Origin: Raja brachyura
Taxonomy: Eukaryota
NCBI GenBank assembly: GCA_963514005.1
Contig: OY740791.1
Location: forward strand, 51,832,001-51,896,000
Direction: 5' to 3'
DNA: 64,000 nucleotides
Within the stretch, counting starts at the first letter, position 1, and each line of letters opens with the position of its first letter. Below the pieces are notes generated by a model that saw only the letters and a program-made list of their open reading frames with translations, did no database searches and was not told where the DNA came from. Below are positions 11,101 through 23,200 of this stretch, in pieces. Position numbers and translations under genes: made by a program.

Positions 11101-11914
11101 TCAGAGGCTCTGAGACAGCAATGCTTATCAGCCATAAAAAAAACTAATAAAAAGGTGTCAGTACAAACTATTTCTAGTTAAAACAGGTTTTGGATTGTGC
11201 TGGAGTAGACACTCGTGTGTTTAAATCTCACTCCACCAGAGCGGCATCAACATCTGCAGCTAAGGCACAGGACGTTCCTCTAGATCAAATCCTTGGGGCC
11301 GCAGGATGGTCTACGGAGGCGACCTTCTCCAAGTTTTATGACAAACCTGTCCTGACAGAGCAAGGTTTTGTGCATGCTGTTTTGGGTTCCGTTTTATTTA
11401 TTTTCTAAATTTCATTTGTAATTTCCCACTGGGATAGAGAGGTTATTACAGTTTTTGTTTATTATTAAAAAATGTTTATTGAAAAATTTGAACAATGTTC
11501 AATACCTTATTTGTTCACTCCTGTGTCAACTGAAGCAGTGTGTCGTATGGAATGGATCTATGGCATGAAATCACAGAGCTTTGAAATCTTCACGTAGTCA
11601 CTCACGTGACTCCGAAGTAAAATAGTAAGATTAAACGAGAACTTGCCAGTTTGAAGTTTGATCTTTATTTTGTGAGGAGTTACGATGAGGGATTACGTGC
11701 CCTCCGCTCCCGGCCCTCATAATCGCAAAGATCATCTGGTAGTTCTAGTCTTCTGAGTCTTACTATATCACTTTGACTATAGTTACAGTGTTTTCATGCC
11801 GCTGCTTTGAGGTATGATGCCTGGCGGGGCTTCTTCACGTAATCCTTCATCATAACTCCTCATAAAATAAAGATCAAACTTCAAACTGGTAAGTTCTCAT
11901 TTAATCTTACTATT
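8193..11914 (+). mobile_element. DIRS1-like tyrosine-recombinase retrotransposon copy 1 (internally deleted, degenerate)
   Basis: gag-like 8530-9600; RT (IDLKDAYYSV, YSDD) 9640-10670; YR C-terminal half (HSTRAAS..AGW..FY) to 11408; internal complementary region at about 11587-11699 matching both termini; ATT at both ends. Confidence 0.92.
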
Positions 11915-12299
11915 CTCTGGATGGAAAATATTATTCTCACCTCAGTCTTAAATGGCCTCCCCTTTATTCTAATGCTGTGGCCCCTGGTTCTGGACTCGCC
12001 CAAAATTGGGAACATTTTTCCTGCATTTAGCTGTCCAGTCCTTTTATAATTTTATATGTTTCCTTAAGATACCCCTTCATCCTTCTAAACTCCAGTAAAT
12101 ACAAGCCTAGTCTTTTCAATCGTTCCTCATATGACATTTGTTGCATTTTGTTGCACTTGTTGCATTTTTTACTGTACCTTTCATTATTATTTACTCTGAA
12201 CTTTAGCTGAACAATTAATGTGTTTTATCCAAATGTATACGACAATTAACTAATATAAATCTAAATCTGAATATGATATTGTTCAGACTACACAGACAT

Positions 12300-12575
12300 A
12301 GTGTTATTGTTCCACACGTTAGCAGTGTTCACACATTCTGTGCACATAACACTCTTGACACTCATGCTGCATCCTGAGATTATATGAATTCAAGTGTTTC
12401 AGAGGTATGTACATTAGATTTAGCTCCTCGGGAACTGGTGACAGAAGGTCCATGGAGTGTAGTTCTACTCCACAATGCCTTTGCATTGTCTGCACCGATC
12501 TTCAGTGTGTCCCTCAGCACTTACTCCTGCAGCCTAGAATATTCTGCAATGGAGATTTTGCTGGGGAAAGCATGA
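12300..12575 (-). mobile_element. Tx1-like LINE 3' fragment (old)
   Basis: Minus strand reads RLQE*VLRDTLKIGADNAKALWSRTT, resembling a Tx1-type ORF2 C-terminus; related to 19950-20240. Confidence 0.5.
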
Positions 12576-13427
12576 AGATCAAAGGAGTTGGATCCAATTT
12601 CTCATTCACTCTCTCAGCAAACGTTAAGCAATGCACTAATCCCAATCCCTTTACACCTGTGGAGAATTATCTACAAGAGGCAAAGGCCTTGTTCGTCATC
12701 TGCTTAAGCTCTCAAACTGTTGGAACGATTCTGAATGGCACCAACTTTTAGATGTAAACACATTTATTAACATTGAATATTACATTTTTTTTAATAATGT
12801 AAGTGTCTCTAATTCTACAAAGACGATTAGTCTCCACCCAGGCACCGGATCCGGGAGCAATTTTCCCAGTGCCAGTGTTTGGGAATATCAGAGTATTCCT
12901 GCTCCAGTGCTGGTCTTCACGTGGAGAAGTGAAGGAGAGTGCTGGCAGATTCACCGCAGGAACTGCCAGCATGTTCGGGAATTCCTCGTTGTGCAACGCG
13001 TGGTTGGAAGTCCTGAACCTGTTCATATTCACACAGATAAATGCTGGCTGTTCACCGTGGAATTCCTGGTGCAACCGTCAACACTCTGACCAGTGAATGC
13101 AACAAAGTTTAGATGTAACTGGATTTGTAAATTTGTCCCTGTGATGTCTCCTCCGACCGTCCTCTAGGTGGGAACTCTCTGATGAGTATACGTTCCACAG
13201 ATGGATTTCCTCTGGGATCTCAACCAAGTGAGGCATGGACCTGTTTCACTGGGTAACATTGAGCAGCAATGTCACTGGGGAATCTCACCCCAGGCCCACA
13301 GAATGAATGAAGGAAAATCTTTCCCCCAATTGTTTGAAGAAGTCTCACAATTGCCGTCATATTTCATCATTACACGTAACATTATTTACAGAGAAGCACA
13401 TTGTTGATCCGAGTCTCGCCCACTCAC

Positions 13428-13769
13428 CTTTGATCCCATATATTTCATATAGTTTCAGGATCCGATTCTTCAGCTGTTTTTCGGATAAAGTGAACAATCC
13501 CGACCATTTAAATGTGGGTTTTTTTATTACCAGATTCACAGTATGGTCATCCACATCCACCTCCCTGTTCTTGTCTGTGTTTGCCCAGCCATTACCCCAC
13601 TGTTTGCTCCACATGCCCCTGCCCAGGACGCGGAGAGTTACCACTGTCTGTTTTCCCCGCCTTGAGTGTGGTTCCCATTCCCAGACAAGAGTGTCACTTC
13701 CAGGATTGTCCGGTCCTTTTAACACAATGTCACCTTCATTATCCAAGAAATAAATCTGATTTCTGATTT
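13428..13769 (-). CDS. Gene A Ig domain D1 exon (V-like, cysteine-less)
   Basis: 342 bp, phase 1-1, CAG acceptor and GTGAGT donor; IYFLDNEGDIVLKGPD..VWEW..NLVIKKPTFKWSGLFTL; homologous to the D5 exons. Confidence 0.85.
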
Positions 13770-15112
13770 CTGTTGGAAAGAGAAAAAAATGAAGGAATAA
13801 CATTTTAAGCACATTTTCTCCACTCCATGTCTGTAAACATTAATTTTGAATTTCATTTATTTCCAGAATTCTCCACAGGTGTAAAGGGATTGGGATTAGT
13901 GCATTGCTTTAACGTTTGATCTCCCACAGAACCTCCAGTGAGACGGACACAGATATCTGTCTGGAATAACCTGGCCTGATCCAGGGATATCTCATGACAT
14001 GAGAAGAGTGAGTGGGAGAAAGACGGAGGTGGAAGGGCGTTTGTGTCGGGTCTCCAGCCGGTTTTCCTTGTGACGGAGTTTCCTGATGTGGGTGGAGGTC
14101 AGGCGGATCCTGTACACACCGCATCCCCGGCACTTGTCGGACAGACCTGGAACAGAATAATCATGCTCCTGCCTCCCTCCCTGCTCCTCATTCCACAGTG
14201 ATTTACAACATAGAACAGTTCAGCACAGGAACAAGCCCCTCGGCCCCCTGTGTCGAGCATAATGCCAACTCTTATCTGCCTAGACATAATCCATATCTCT
14301 CCCTGCACGTCCATGTGCCTATTAAAAAGTCTCTCAAATCCCATTCACACATCTCCCTCCATCACTACCAGCAGCATGTTCCAGCCACTCACCACTCTCT
14401 GTGTAAAATACTTGCCCTTCACATCTCCTTCACACTTTGCCTCTCTCACCTTAAAGCCATGCCCTCTAGTATTTGATATTTCCATCCGGGGGAAAAGATT
14501 CTATCTACACTGACCTTGCCGCTCATAATTTGGTATAATTCTATCAATCCTCACTTCAATGTCAAACATTCCAGAGAAAACAATCCAAGTCTATCCAACC
14601 TCTCCCTGGAGCTAATACCCAGTAACACAGACATCATTCTTGTAAACCTTCTCAGCCCTGTTTCCAAAGACTCTGCATTTTTCCTCTAATGGGGCATCCA
14701 GAACTGCTTGTAATGCTTGGAATCCGGCCTAACCAAAGTCCTGCAAAGCTGCATCACATCCTGACTTCCTGACTTGTGCGTGTTCCTCAAGCAACCAGAC
14801 AGTAATAAATAAAACTTGCTTCTTGTTGTCGGGGGGGGGGGGGATTAGTGGGAGGAGATAAAATTGTTTGTTGTCATGCACACTTGTCATTCAGCCCGCC
14901 GGGGAATGTGTGTGTGTGTCCCATGCTTTAAAAGTGATTTACTATGCCCCAAGCCGTCTGTCCCCGCGGCCGGGGTGGGGGTGAATCACCCGGTGTGGGT
15001 GTCAGGGTCCGGGGGTTGGAGGGGGGGGGGTGGGGAGGGGCAGACGGCTCGGGGCAGAGTAAATGCGGAACGCACAAAACACCAGAATCCGTGGAATGTT
15101 TCAACCGAAGAT

Positions 15113-15305
15113 GGCCACAAAAGGCTGGAGTAACTCAGCAGAACAGGCAACATTTCTGGACAGAAGGAATGGGTGACTTGTTGAGACGATTCTTCAAACC
15201 TGAAGACAGAGTCTGAAGAGTCACGACCCGAAATGCCACCCATTCCATCTCTCCAGAGATGCTGCCTGTCCCACTGAGTCACTACAGCATGTTGTGTCTA
15301 CCTTT
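15113..15305. repeat. Penelope-derived palindromic short repeat (related copies at about 470-570, 20300-20420 and 46735-46930)
   Basis: GCTGGAGTAACTCAGC..CAGGCA(G)CAT(C)TCTGGA arm with its inverted copy around CTGAAGA..CCCGAAA. Confidence 0.55.
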
Positions 15306-15351
15306 GCTGTCAGTGCTAGTTTTCTCAACTTCCAGAGCCTCTCGGCATAAG

Positions 15352-16172
15352 TGGGGGAGAGAGAGAGGAGAGAGAGAGGGGGGAGAGGGACAACAAGGGA
15401 GAGAGAGAAAAAGGGAGAGAAAGAGAGGATAGAGAAGGGATAGAGAGGGGGGAGAGAGAGAAGGGGCAGAGAGTAGGGTGAGAGAGAGGGGGGAGAGAGA
15501 GAAGAGGGAGAGAGAGAGAGAGAAGAGGGAGGGAGGGAGAGAGAGAAGGGGGAGAGGGAGAAGGGGAGAGAGATAGAAGGGGGGGAGAGAGAAGGGGAAG
15601 AGAGAAGGGGAGAGAGGAGAGAGGGGAGGGGGGAGAGGTGGAGAGAAGGGAGAGAGAGGAGGAGAGGAGGGAGAGAGAGAGGAGGGAGAGAGAGAGGAGG
15701 GAGAGAGAGAAGGGAGAGAGGGAAGGGTAAGAGAGAGGGGTGAGAGAGGGGTGAGAGAGAGAGGATGGGAGAGAAGTGGGAGAGGGGGGAGAGAGAGGGG
15801 TGAGAGAGAGGAGAGGGAGAGGTAGGGGGATATAAAGGAGGAGGAGAGAGAATAGGAGAGAGAGAAGGAGAGAGAGAAGGAGAGAGAGAAGGGGAGAGAG
15901 AAGGGGGAGAGAGATAAAGGGGGAGAGAGATAAAGGGGGGAGAGAGATAAGGAGGAGAGAAAGACAGAAGGGGAGAGAGGAGGGGGAGGGAGGAGGGAGA
16001 GAGGAGGTGGAGAGAGGGGGGAAGAGAGGGGGGAGAGAGGGGGGGAGAGAGGGGGGGAGAGAGGGGGGGAGAGAGGGACCGAGAGGGGGAGAGAGGGAGA
16101 AGGGAGAGAGAAGGGAGAGAGAGAGAGAGCGGGAGAGAGGAGAGGGGGAGAGAGAAGAGGGGAGAGAGAAGT
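15352..16172 (+). repeat. Polypurine (GA-rich) low-complexity tract, about 820 bp
   Basis: Almost only G and A on the plus strand; source of spurious L/S/P-rich ORFs. Confidence 0.95.
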
Positions 16173-17229
16173 GGTAGACGGGGGTGTGGGGGTCATTTTC
16201 CCACACAAGCCATAGGTGACTGGGCAATCTGAACGCAAGCACCAAGTTGTAAGCGGCCGATGGTGCGCATCCCTCGGGACAGCCTCCATTCTCCCATGGC
16301 CACCCTCCGCAGGCTGTGGGTCGGGTGGAGCGGAGGTGTGGGGTAATGTTCATCTCTCCACAGTGATGTGATGGACGCGGGGGACTGGGCCAATCGTTGA
16401 CAAGTCCCGCCCCCAGCAAAGTCATGTCCGTTATTTGACTTTTTTGTTGAGGGGCATTTCCCAGTGCCAGTGTTTGGGAATATCAGAGTATTCCTGCTCG
16501 TTGGCTTGTAGGTGATGCCGCCTTTCGGGTAGGTAGCATTTCGGCAGAGCAACCATTCGGCGAGTTTGCTTTTAGGCGATGCAGCCTTTCGGTGAGTCGC
16601 TTTTAGGCGTCCCGCCCTATCGGTTAGTTTGCATTTAGGCGTCCCATCCTTCGGTTAGTTGCGTTTCGGCTTCTTTTACATTTGGTTATTCGGCTTCCAC
16701 TTCTTTGATTCGGCTTCTGTCCATCGGCGCCACGTCCGGGTACCGGGGGACTTTACCAAGTGCCTTACTAAAATTACTGTAGACAATGCCATGTAAAATT
16801 CATGCCTACTGTCTTTAATTAATCTGTTTTGTTCCAAGTGGGAGTCAATTTTATACCAAAGAATATTTTCCAATTGTTTCCTACCATTGTCATGTGAATC
16901 ACAGTTTTTTGCTGAATTCTCTACCCCATTTTAAACAAATAAACCATTTTAACTCCCATTCCCATACTGATCTTTCAGTCCTTAGCCTCCTCCTTTGCCA
17001 GAGTGAGGCAACACACAAACTAAAGAAACCACACTTCATATTTCTCTTGGCTATCTGACAACTTAATGATATGGACATTGAATTCTTGACTTTCAGAAAA
17101 CAAATCCCCAAACAATCCACCCCACCTTTTTACTGACATTTTATTTAATTTCATTTTGTTTTCCCTTTTCCCTTGCTCCTCTCATCCCTGGAGATATCTG
17201 ATACCTCACCTACATCCCCTAACTCCAGT

Positions 17230-18600
17230 TTCAGTTTCCTTCATTCATCCTTGTTTGCTTTCTCCTTGTTTACCGTCTTGATTTTAATGTAAATATAAGA
17301 AGCCTTGGAACGTTCTTTACTCCAAATCGCCATTACCATTTTGTGGCTTATTTTCTCCCTTCTAATCACCCGCTTGAGTTCTTTCTTCCTTGCTTCATAT
17401 TCCTCAATGGCCCTCTCTGCTATCATACTCTTGAACCTTGCATGTGGTTCCTTTCTATTTTTGACAAAATTTACAAATGTTTTTGGTCATCCAAGGTTCC
17501 CTTACTTTGCCAGTCCAATCCCTCTTCCTTACTGCAACTTGTCGGTCTTGAGTTTGGATCAACTGACCTTCAGACAATTCTCAATCTCAGACTTAAAGTA
17601 ACTTAATAACAACTGCTCTGAGTGTACCTTACCAAGCTCTTGCCTAATAATGGTGTCATGTGCCTGACTCAAATTAATGTCTTGTCACACAGTCCAGACT
17701 TATCCCTATTCAAACCAATCTTAAAACATATGGAGTTGTATTAACTATCTCCAAAATATTATTTCACTGAAACATCAGTCACCTGGCCAGACTCATTTCT
17801 GAACACAAGGTCCATTTTGGATTCCTTTCTCACATTGCACTATCCACAGCTGTTACAAAAAAATCCCCCAAGACATCCCTTTGTGTAATCTTTCAGTAAT
17901 CTGTGTCCACATCTGTTCCTCTATTTCTTGCTCGCTCTTGGGGGACCTCTCGTACAATTCCATTAAATTGCTTGCACTTCTCTTATTTTCACATGGCTCT
18001 ACCCATATCACCTCAATGGACAAACCTTCCAGTGTGTCCTCTCAGAGTGCCAACAAGATAGTTTCCCTGATTAATAGAGCAATTCCCCCATCTTTTTCCC
18101 ATAGAAACATGGATCATTGAGCTGCTAGTCATGCCCCTGTCACAACCATATTTCCACAATGATCACAACATCATCGTCCCCAACAGCGATCTAGGCTCTA
18201 AGTTCATCTACTTTGCCCAAAATACTGCTTGCAAATAAACATACCTGCACCCATCAGTTTCACTATATAACTTCACCCTCTATCTGTCCTTCCTTTGAGA
18301 TTTTGTTATCCTCATCTCCACCTTCCCATCACCCCCCTGCCTCTCCAGTTTAACTCTCCTGGTAACACTAGTGCACTTCACCGCAAACATATTGGTTCCC
18401 CTCCATTTCAGATACAAACTATCCCTCTTGTAGAGGTCATGTCTGTCCCAGAAGAGATCCCAATGGACGAAAGATCTGAATCTCTGCCCCCTGCACCAAG
18501 TCCTGTGCCACACATTCATCTGTCCTTTCTTCCAATTCCTATCTTTATTAACACATGGCACCGGGAGGAATCTGGAGATGATGAGCCCAGTGAGCCTTGA
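17230..18600 (-). mobile_element. Old CR1-like LINE fragments
   Basis: Degenerate ORF2-like (RKKELKRVIRREK..YIYIKIK) and ORF1 esterase-like (HWDLFWDRHDLYKRDSLYL) peptides. Confidence 0.55.
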
Positions 18601-19551
18601 CAATCATCTGTGTGTGTTTGCCAGCCACAGGTAAGATCGTGGAAGGGTTGGAGAGTTGTTAATGTAGTGAGACTCATGTCAGTGGTAGTGAAACTATCAG
18701 ACCTCATCCCTTTTCCTACCCATCCCATTTGTGCCAAAGTGCCCACTGCCTTCTGGCTGCTAACCGTCGTCCTTGAGAATGTCCCACAGCTGCTGGGAGA
18801 CCTCTTGGAACCTGGAACCCAGGAGGCAACACACCATCCTGGAATCTGGATTACTGCCACTGAATCACCTGTCCGACCCCAAATATTCTGGGATTTGAAT
18901 GGAATGGAATTGCTGGCTGGAGAAAGGGGTTGTGGTGGGACTGAAGACAACAGGTTTGGGATTCAAAGTGTTCAGTTAGGGGGGAATTCTACTCATCCAG
19001 TCCTGGATGACCCACATGTAGTCTGGAAATGTGGAGACCATGGAGGGATCAAGGGAGGTGCTAGCAAGGTCGACCTGGTGTCCACAGTCAAGTTGTGGAA
19101 GCAACGGTGAAACTTCAGCTGATGTCACCGAAAGGCAGTGTGAGGATGAGAAATAGGAGAGGTCCATGGTAGATTGTCGGAGGCTGCCCGATGGAACTGT
19201 GCCGGAGCGTGAAGTGAAGACATTGCGGGTAGTTCTCGGCTGCGATAGGATCAATAAGTCAAGGGCAGTTCCACCCGACTGGACTGTGGTGGGGAGATGT
19301 TGGGGAGGATGGTGTGGACAACTATGTCACACTGCTCACCGGGGGCCATTTCTGACTTTGAAAAGGACCATGTTGGTGAAGGAGACGGGGAGGGAGCTAA
19401 TGGGAGAGGCTCAGAAATGGAGCTTCAGCAGGGATGGTGTGGTTTTGTGGGACGTGGAGAGGAGAGCGAGATTGACAATGGGGTGCGGGTTTACACAGTC
19501 AATGATAAAGTAATGCAACGTGATTGTGACCGGTGAAGAGAAAGCACTTAC

Positions 19552-19651
19552 TTTGGTTGGAAACAGGTCGAAGCAGGAAAACAATGAAACCGTACATCAA
19601 ACCACCTGGCAAACTGCTGCAGAAAAACCTGGGTCTCATCTTGTGGATTCC
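19552..19651 (-). CDS. Gene A leader (signal peptide) exon; ATG at 19639, MRPRFFCSSLPGGLMYGFIVFLLRPVSNQ
   Basis: Acceptor TTATTTTCCACAG and donor AAA|GTAAGT; phase-1 end matches the D1 exon; hydrophobic core LMYGFIVFLL. Confidence 0.7.
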
Positions 19652-19949
19652 CTGTGGAAAATAACATAAAGTTTTAGACTGAGCCTGTTTGAGACACAGA
19701 TCTTCAGTACACTTGGAGTCACGTTCATAGCTCACGGAAGGTGGCAACACAAGTAGTTAGGATAGTGAAGAATGCGTATGGTATGCTTGCCTTCAATGCT
19801 AATTCCATTGTACATAAGAGTGAGGAAGTGTCTTTTTTGTTTCTAAAGTTAAAACATTTTATGCAATTCTTCTGTTCTAGTGTTGCTCACTGTGGGTCAA
19901 AGGCTGGATTATAAGGACAGGAACGTTGCCCCATCTCCCACACGCTGTT

Positions 19950-20240
19950 ACTTTGCTGAGGAATGAAGCATTGATATGTCAAAGTGAGGTCCAACAGGGA
20001 ATGTTGCCACCTGACCCACTACAGACTGCAGGAAAATGTGCTGAGGGACGCACAGAAGCTTGGCGCAGCCAACATAACAACTTTGTGGGGGAGGACCACA
20101 ATCTAGGGACCTTCTCCTGCTGGACATTGAGGGATGAGTCTGGTGGGAACACCCCTCATACAAGGGAAGGAATATCACCACATGAGTGGTCAGGTTGTTT
20201 ATTGTAAAGATAAATGTTAATGCTATTGAGTATGACACTA
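19950..20240 (+). mobile_element. Tx1-like LINE 3' fragment (old)
   Basis: Reads ECCHLTHYRLQENVLRDAQKLGAANITTLWGRTTI*. Confidence 0.5.
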
Positions 20241-23200
20241 TTGAATGTGGAGACACTGAAAGTATCTGAAGATGTTTTTATGTTGTTTTAGATTTGTATA
20301 AAACAAGGAACTGCAGATTCTGGTTTACCAAGAAAAGGCACAAAATAATGGAGTAACTCAGCATGTCAGGTAGCATCCCTGGAGAACATGGCTAGGTGAT
20401 GTTTTGGGTTAGGACCGTTTTCTTCAAAAATCATTTTGTAAATTGTTTTTATTCTGCCTAAAGTTTATTTTTAAATTTTAAAAGAAATGTGAGGTTAGAA
20501 GGGCACAAGGTGTAATTACTGTGTTTTCCAAGCTCATTCAGAAGATAATATATATCTGACAGATCCCAAGTACAATGAGGGATTCTGCCTTTCTCCATAT
20601 CACATTCAGGACCGGAAGCAAAATTCAGAGCAATGGTTAAGGCTGCATTAAGTGCTATCATGCAATTCAACCCCAATGATTCGTCTATTTTGAGCTCTGG
20701 GCTGTTTAACTTCTTGTTTTTTTCTCAACTAAGGGGAGTAGGCTGCATCCGTGGCTGACAAGAGAAGTTAGGGATTTTATCACTTAAAATCGTATGCTAT
20801 TCTTCCTAAAATAGTGTTATGATATTATTAAAAATCAACAGTAGTAGTCATAATTATCAAGCATTTAAATTTAACACCCCACCCCTATATAAAAATCCCT
20901 TAAGGCAAATATGGAGCTGGAACCATTAACATCTTTTTTTTTTAACAACTGAAGTCGGTAGATTAATAGCCATGGTAGTGTGGCTTACACTAACTACACT
21001 AAACATAGCTGTAGTCACCCTTTTCTTTCTGCACATCACTAACACCATTAACATTTTTTATTTTTATTTTGTTTCTTATATTTTATATAATGTACTATAT
21101 TATTTCAGTTATGGTTGGCATTATACAGTTGGTTTGAAGAGATATGTATGTAAGATAAAGTTACAAGTATTAAAATTCATCGATCTGATGCATGGGTATG
21201 AGGTTTGGATGGATATGCTGAGACATCTACTCCATTATAATCCACCTTAATAACAAAATGCAAGATATTAATATGAAAACTGGGGGTGATGGAATCACCT
21301 TCTGCAGTTGGAATATAAAGGGAATTAATGAACCAATTAAAAGAGGTAAGGTTTTATATCATTTAAATAGACTTAAAACAGACATAGTCTTCCTTCAAGA
21401 GACACACCTTAAAAAGGATGCGCAACATGGACTAACAGCAAAATGGATTTCTAAAGTACATCATTCTTCATTTACACATAAGTCTAGAGGGGTTGCAATA
21501 CTTATTCGTAAAGGCATACCATTTAAACATAGCTCAATAATAGAAGATACTGAGGGTAGATACATAATAGTTACGGGTGAATTATATTCAAAGAAAGTCG
21601 TTCTTATGAACATATATGGACCTAACTTTGATAATCCGCTGTTTTTTAAGAAAATATTTAATACTATTCCTATATCTACACAACATAATCTAATAATTGG
21701 GGGTGATTTAAACTGTACTTTAGATAATTATCTAGATAGATCATCAACTAAAAGGAAAGCTATATCTAAATCAAGCGAATTCATAAATTCTTTTATTAAT
21801 ACTGCAAATGTTAATGATGTCTGGAGAACTGATAATCCCTCTGGTCGGGAATATTCATTTTATTCTCCTGTATTCGGAACCTATTCAAGAATAGATTATT
21901 TTTTAATAGACTCAAAGTTAATTCCATTTGCGTATGACTCAAAATACCATAATATTATTATTTCAGATCATGCTCCATTAACCATTAACATTTAAGATAA
22001 AATTAAAGGGTATAACTAATAAATACTCTCAATGGAGACTCAACCCTCAAATATTAAATGATAAGGCTTGTTATGATCATCTGGTAAAACAGATTAAATT
22101 TTTTTTTGAGACTAATGACAAACCTGGAATTTCTTCGTCACTTCTTTGGGACACATTTAAAGCCTTTATGCGTGGTGCTATAATATCTGCGCAAGGACAC
22201 CTTAATAAGGAAAACCGAAAGACTCAACAAATGTTGGAAAATGAAATAAAGCAATTAGATATTGAAAATGCAATATCTCCATCTAAGGTGATATATAATA
22301 AAATTACAATATTAAAATATAAGCTAAATAAAATATACTCAAATCATGTTATTAAACTTTTTCAACAAACTAAAAAAGTACATTTTGAATTCGGGGATAA
22401 ACCACAAAAACGCCAGCTTAGAAAATTAGATGAGGAAAAAATGATATATAAAATCAGATCTGAAAAAAGGAGAAATATTAACTTTACCAAAAGATATTAA
22501 TGACAGATTTCTGTATTACTATCAAAAACTTTACTCAACTAAACTGACTGGACAATCAGATGGAATGGAAACATTCCTACATGAATATCATATTAAAGGT
22601 TTAGATCAAGAAGGCAGAGACTTGTTAGATGCTGAAATATCAGTAAAATACATTGAGGAATCAATCAGATCGTTGAAAAATGGAAAAGCTGCTGGCCCCG
22701 ATGGCCTAAGTGTTGAATTTTATAAGAAGTTTCATGACTTGATTTCCCCATGTTTACAAACAATATATAAATATGCTTACGAACAAGGAAAGTTACCAGA
22801 AACTCTAAATGTGTCTACAATCACACTAATTCCTAAAGTAGATAAGGATCTAGAAGATCCTGGGTCATATAGAGCAATTGCTCATCTAAATACTGATCAA
22901 AAAATATTAACTAAAATTTTATCTCAAAGGTTAAGTTTAGTGATTAATAAATTAATACATCGTGATCAAACAGGCTTTATTCCCAAACGTTATTCCACTT
23001 ATAACTTGAGACGTCTATTCAATATCATATATTCAAAAAGAATTAATGATATTGAATTAGCTGTCATTTCATTAGATGCGGAAAAAGCATTCGACCAGGT
23101 TGAATGGCCTTACTTATTCAAGATAATGCAGAATTTTCAACTGGGGGATAGATTTTGTAAATGGGTTAAAATTTTATACTCTAACCAAACAGCAAGAATA

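Larger units (their letters stand above)
14770..16746. mobile_element. Foldback-like non-autonomous element copy 1 (left arm missing) with GA-rich core
   Basis: Colinear with 60229-61817; right end CCACGTCCGGGTACCG is the reverse complement of the copy 2 left end. Confidence 0.65.

Noticed and set aside
15213-15238. Hammerhead-ribozyme-like core (CTGAAGA..CGAAA) in Penelope-derived repeats, also near 46846-46872
   Set aside because: Stem II or the GAAA core is mutated in these copies, so a functional ribozyme cannot be supported
15282-16425. Long L/S/P-rich ORFs (335 and 366 aa), and similar ORFs at 60713-61594
   Set aside because: Artefacts of stop-free GA/TC low-complexity tracts inside a repeat element
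587-19651. Calling gene A or gene B CD4 or LAG3 by symbol
   Set aside because: Eight domains, unsplit cysteine-less D1, no CxC Lck motif and tandem paralogs; orthology cannot be supported without phylogeny and synteny
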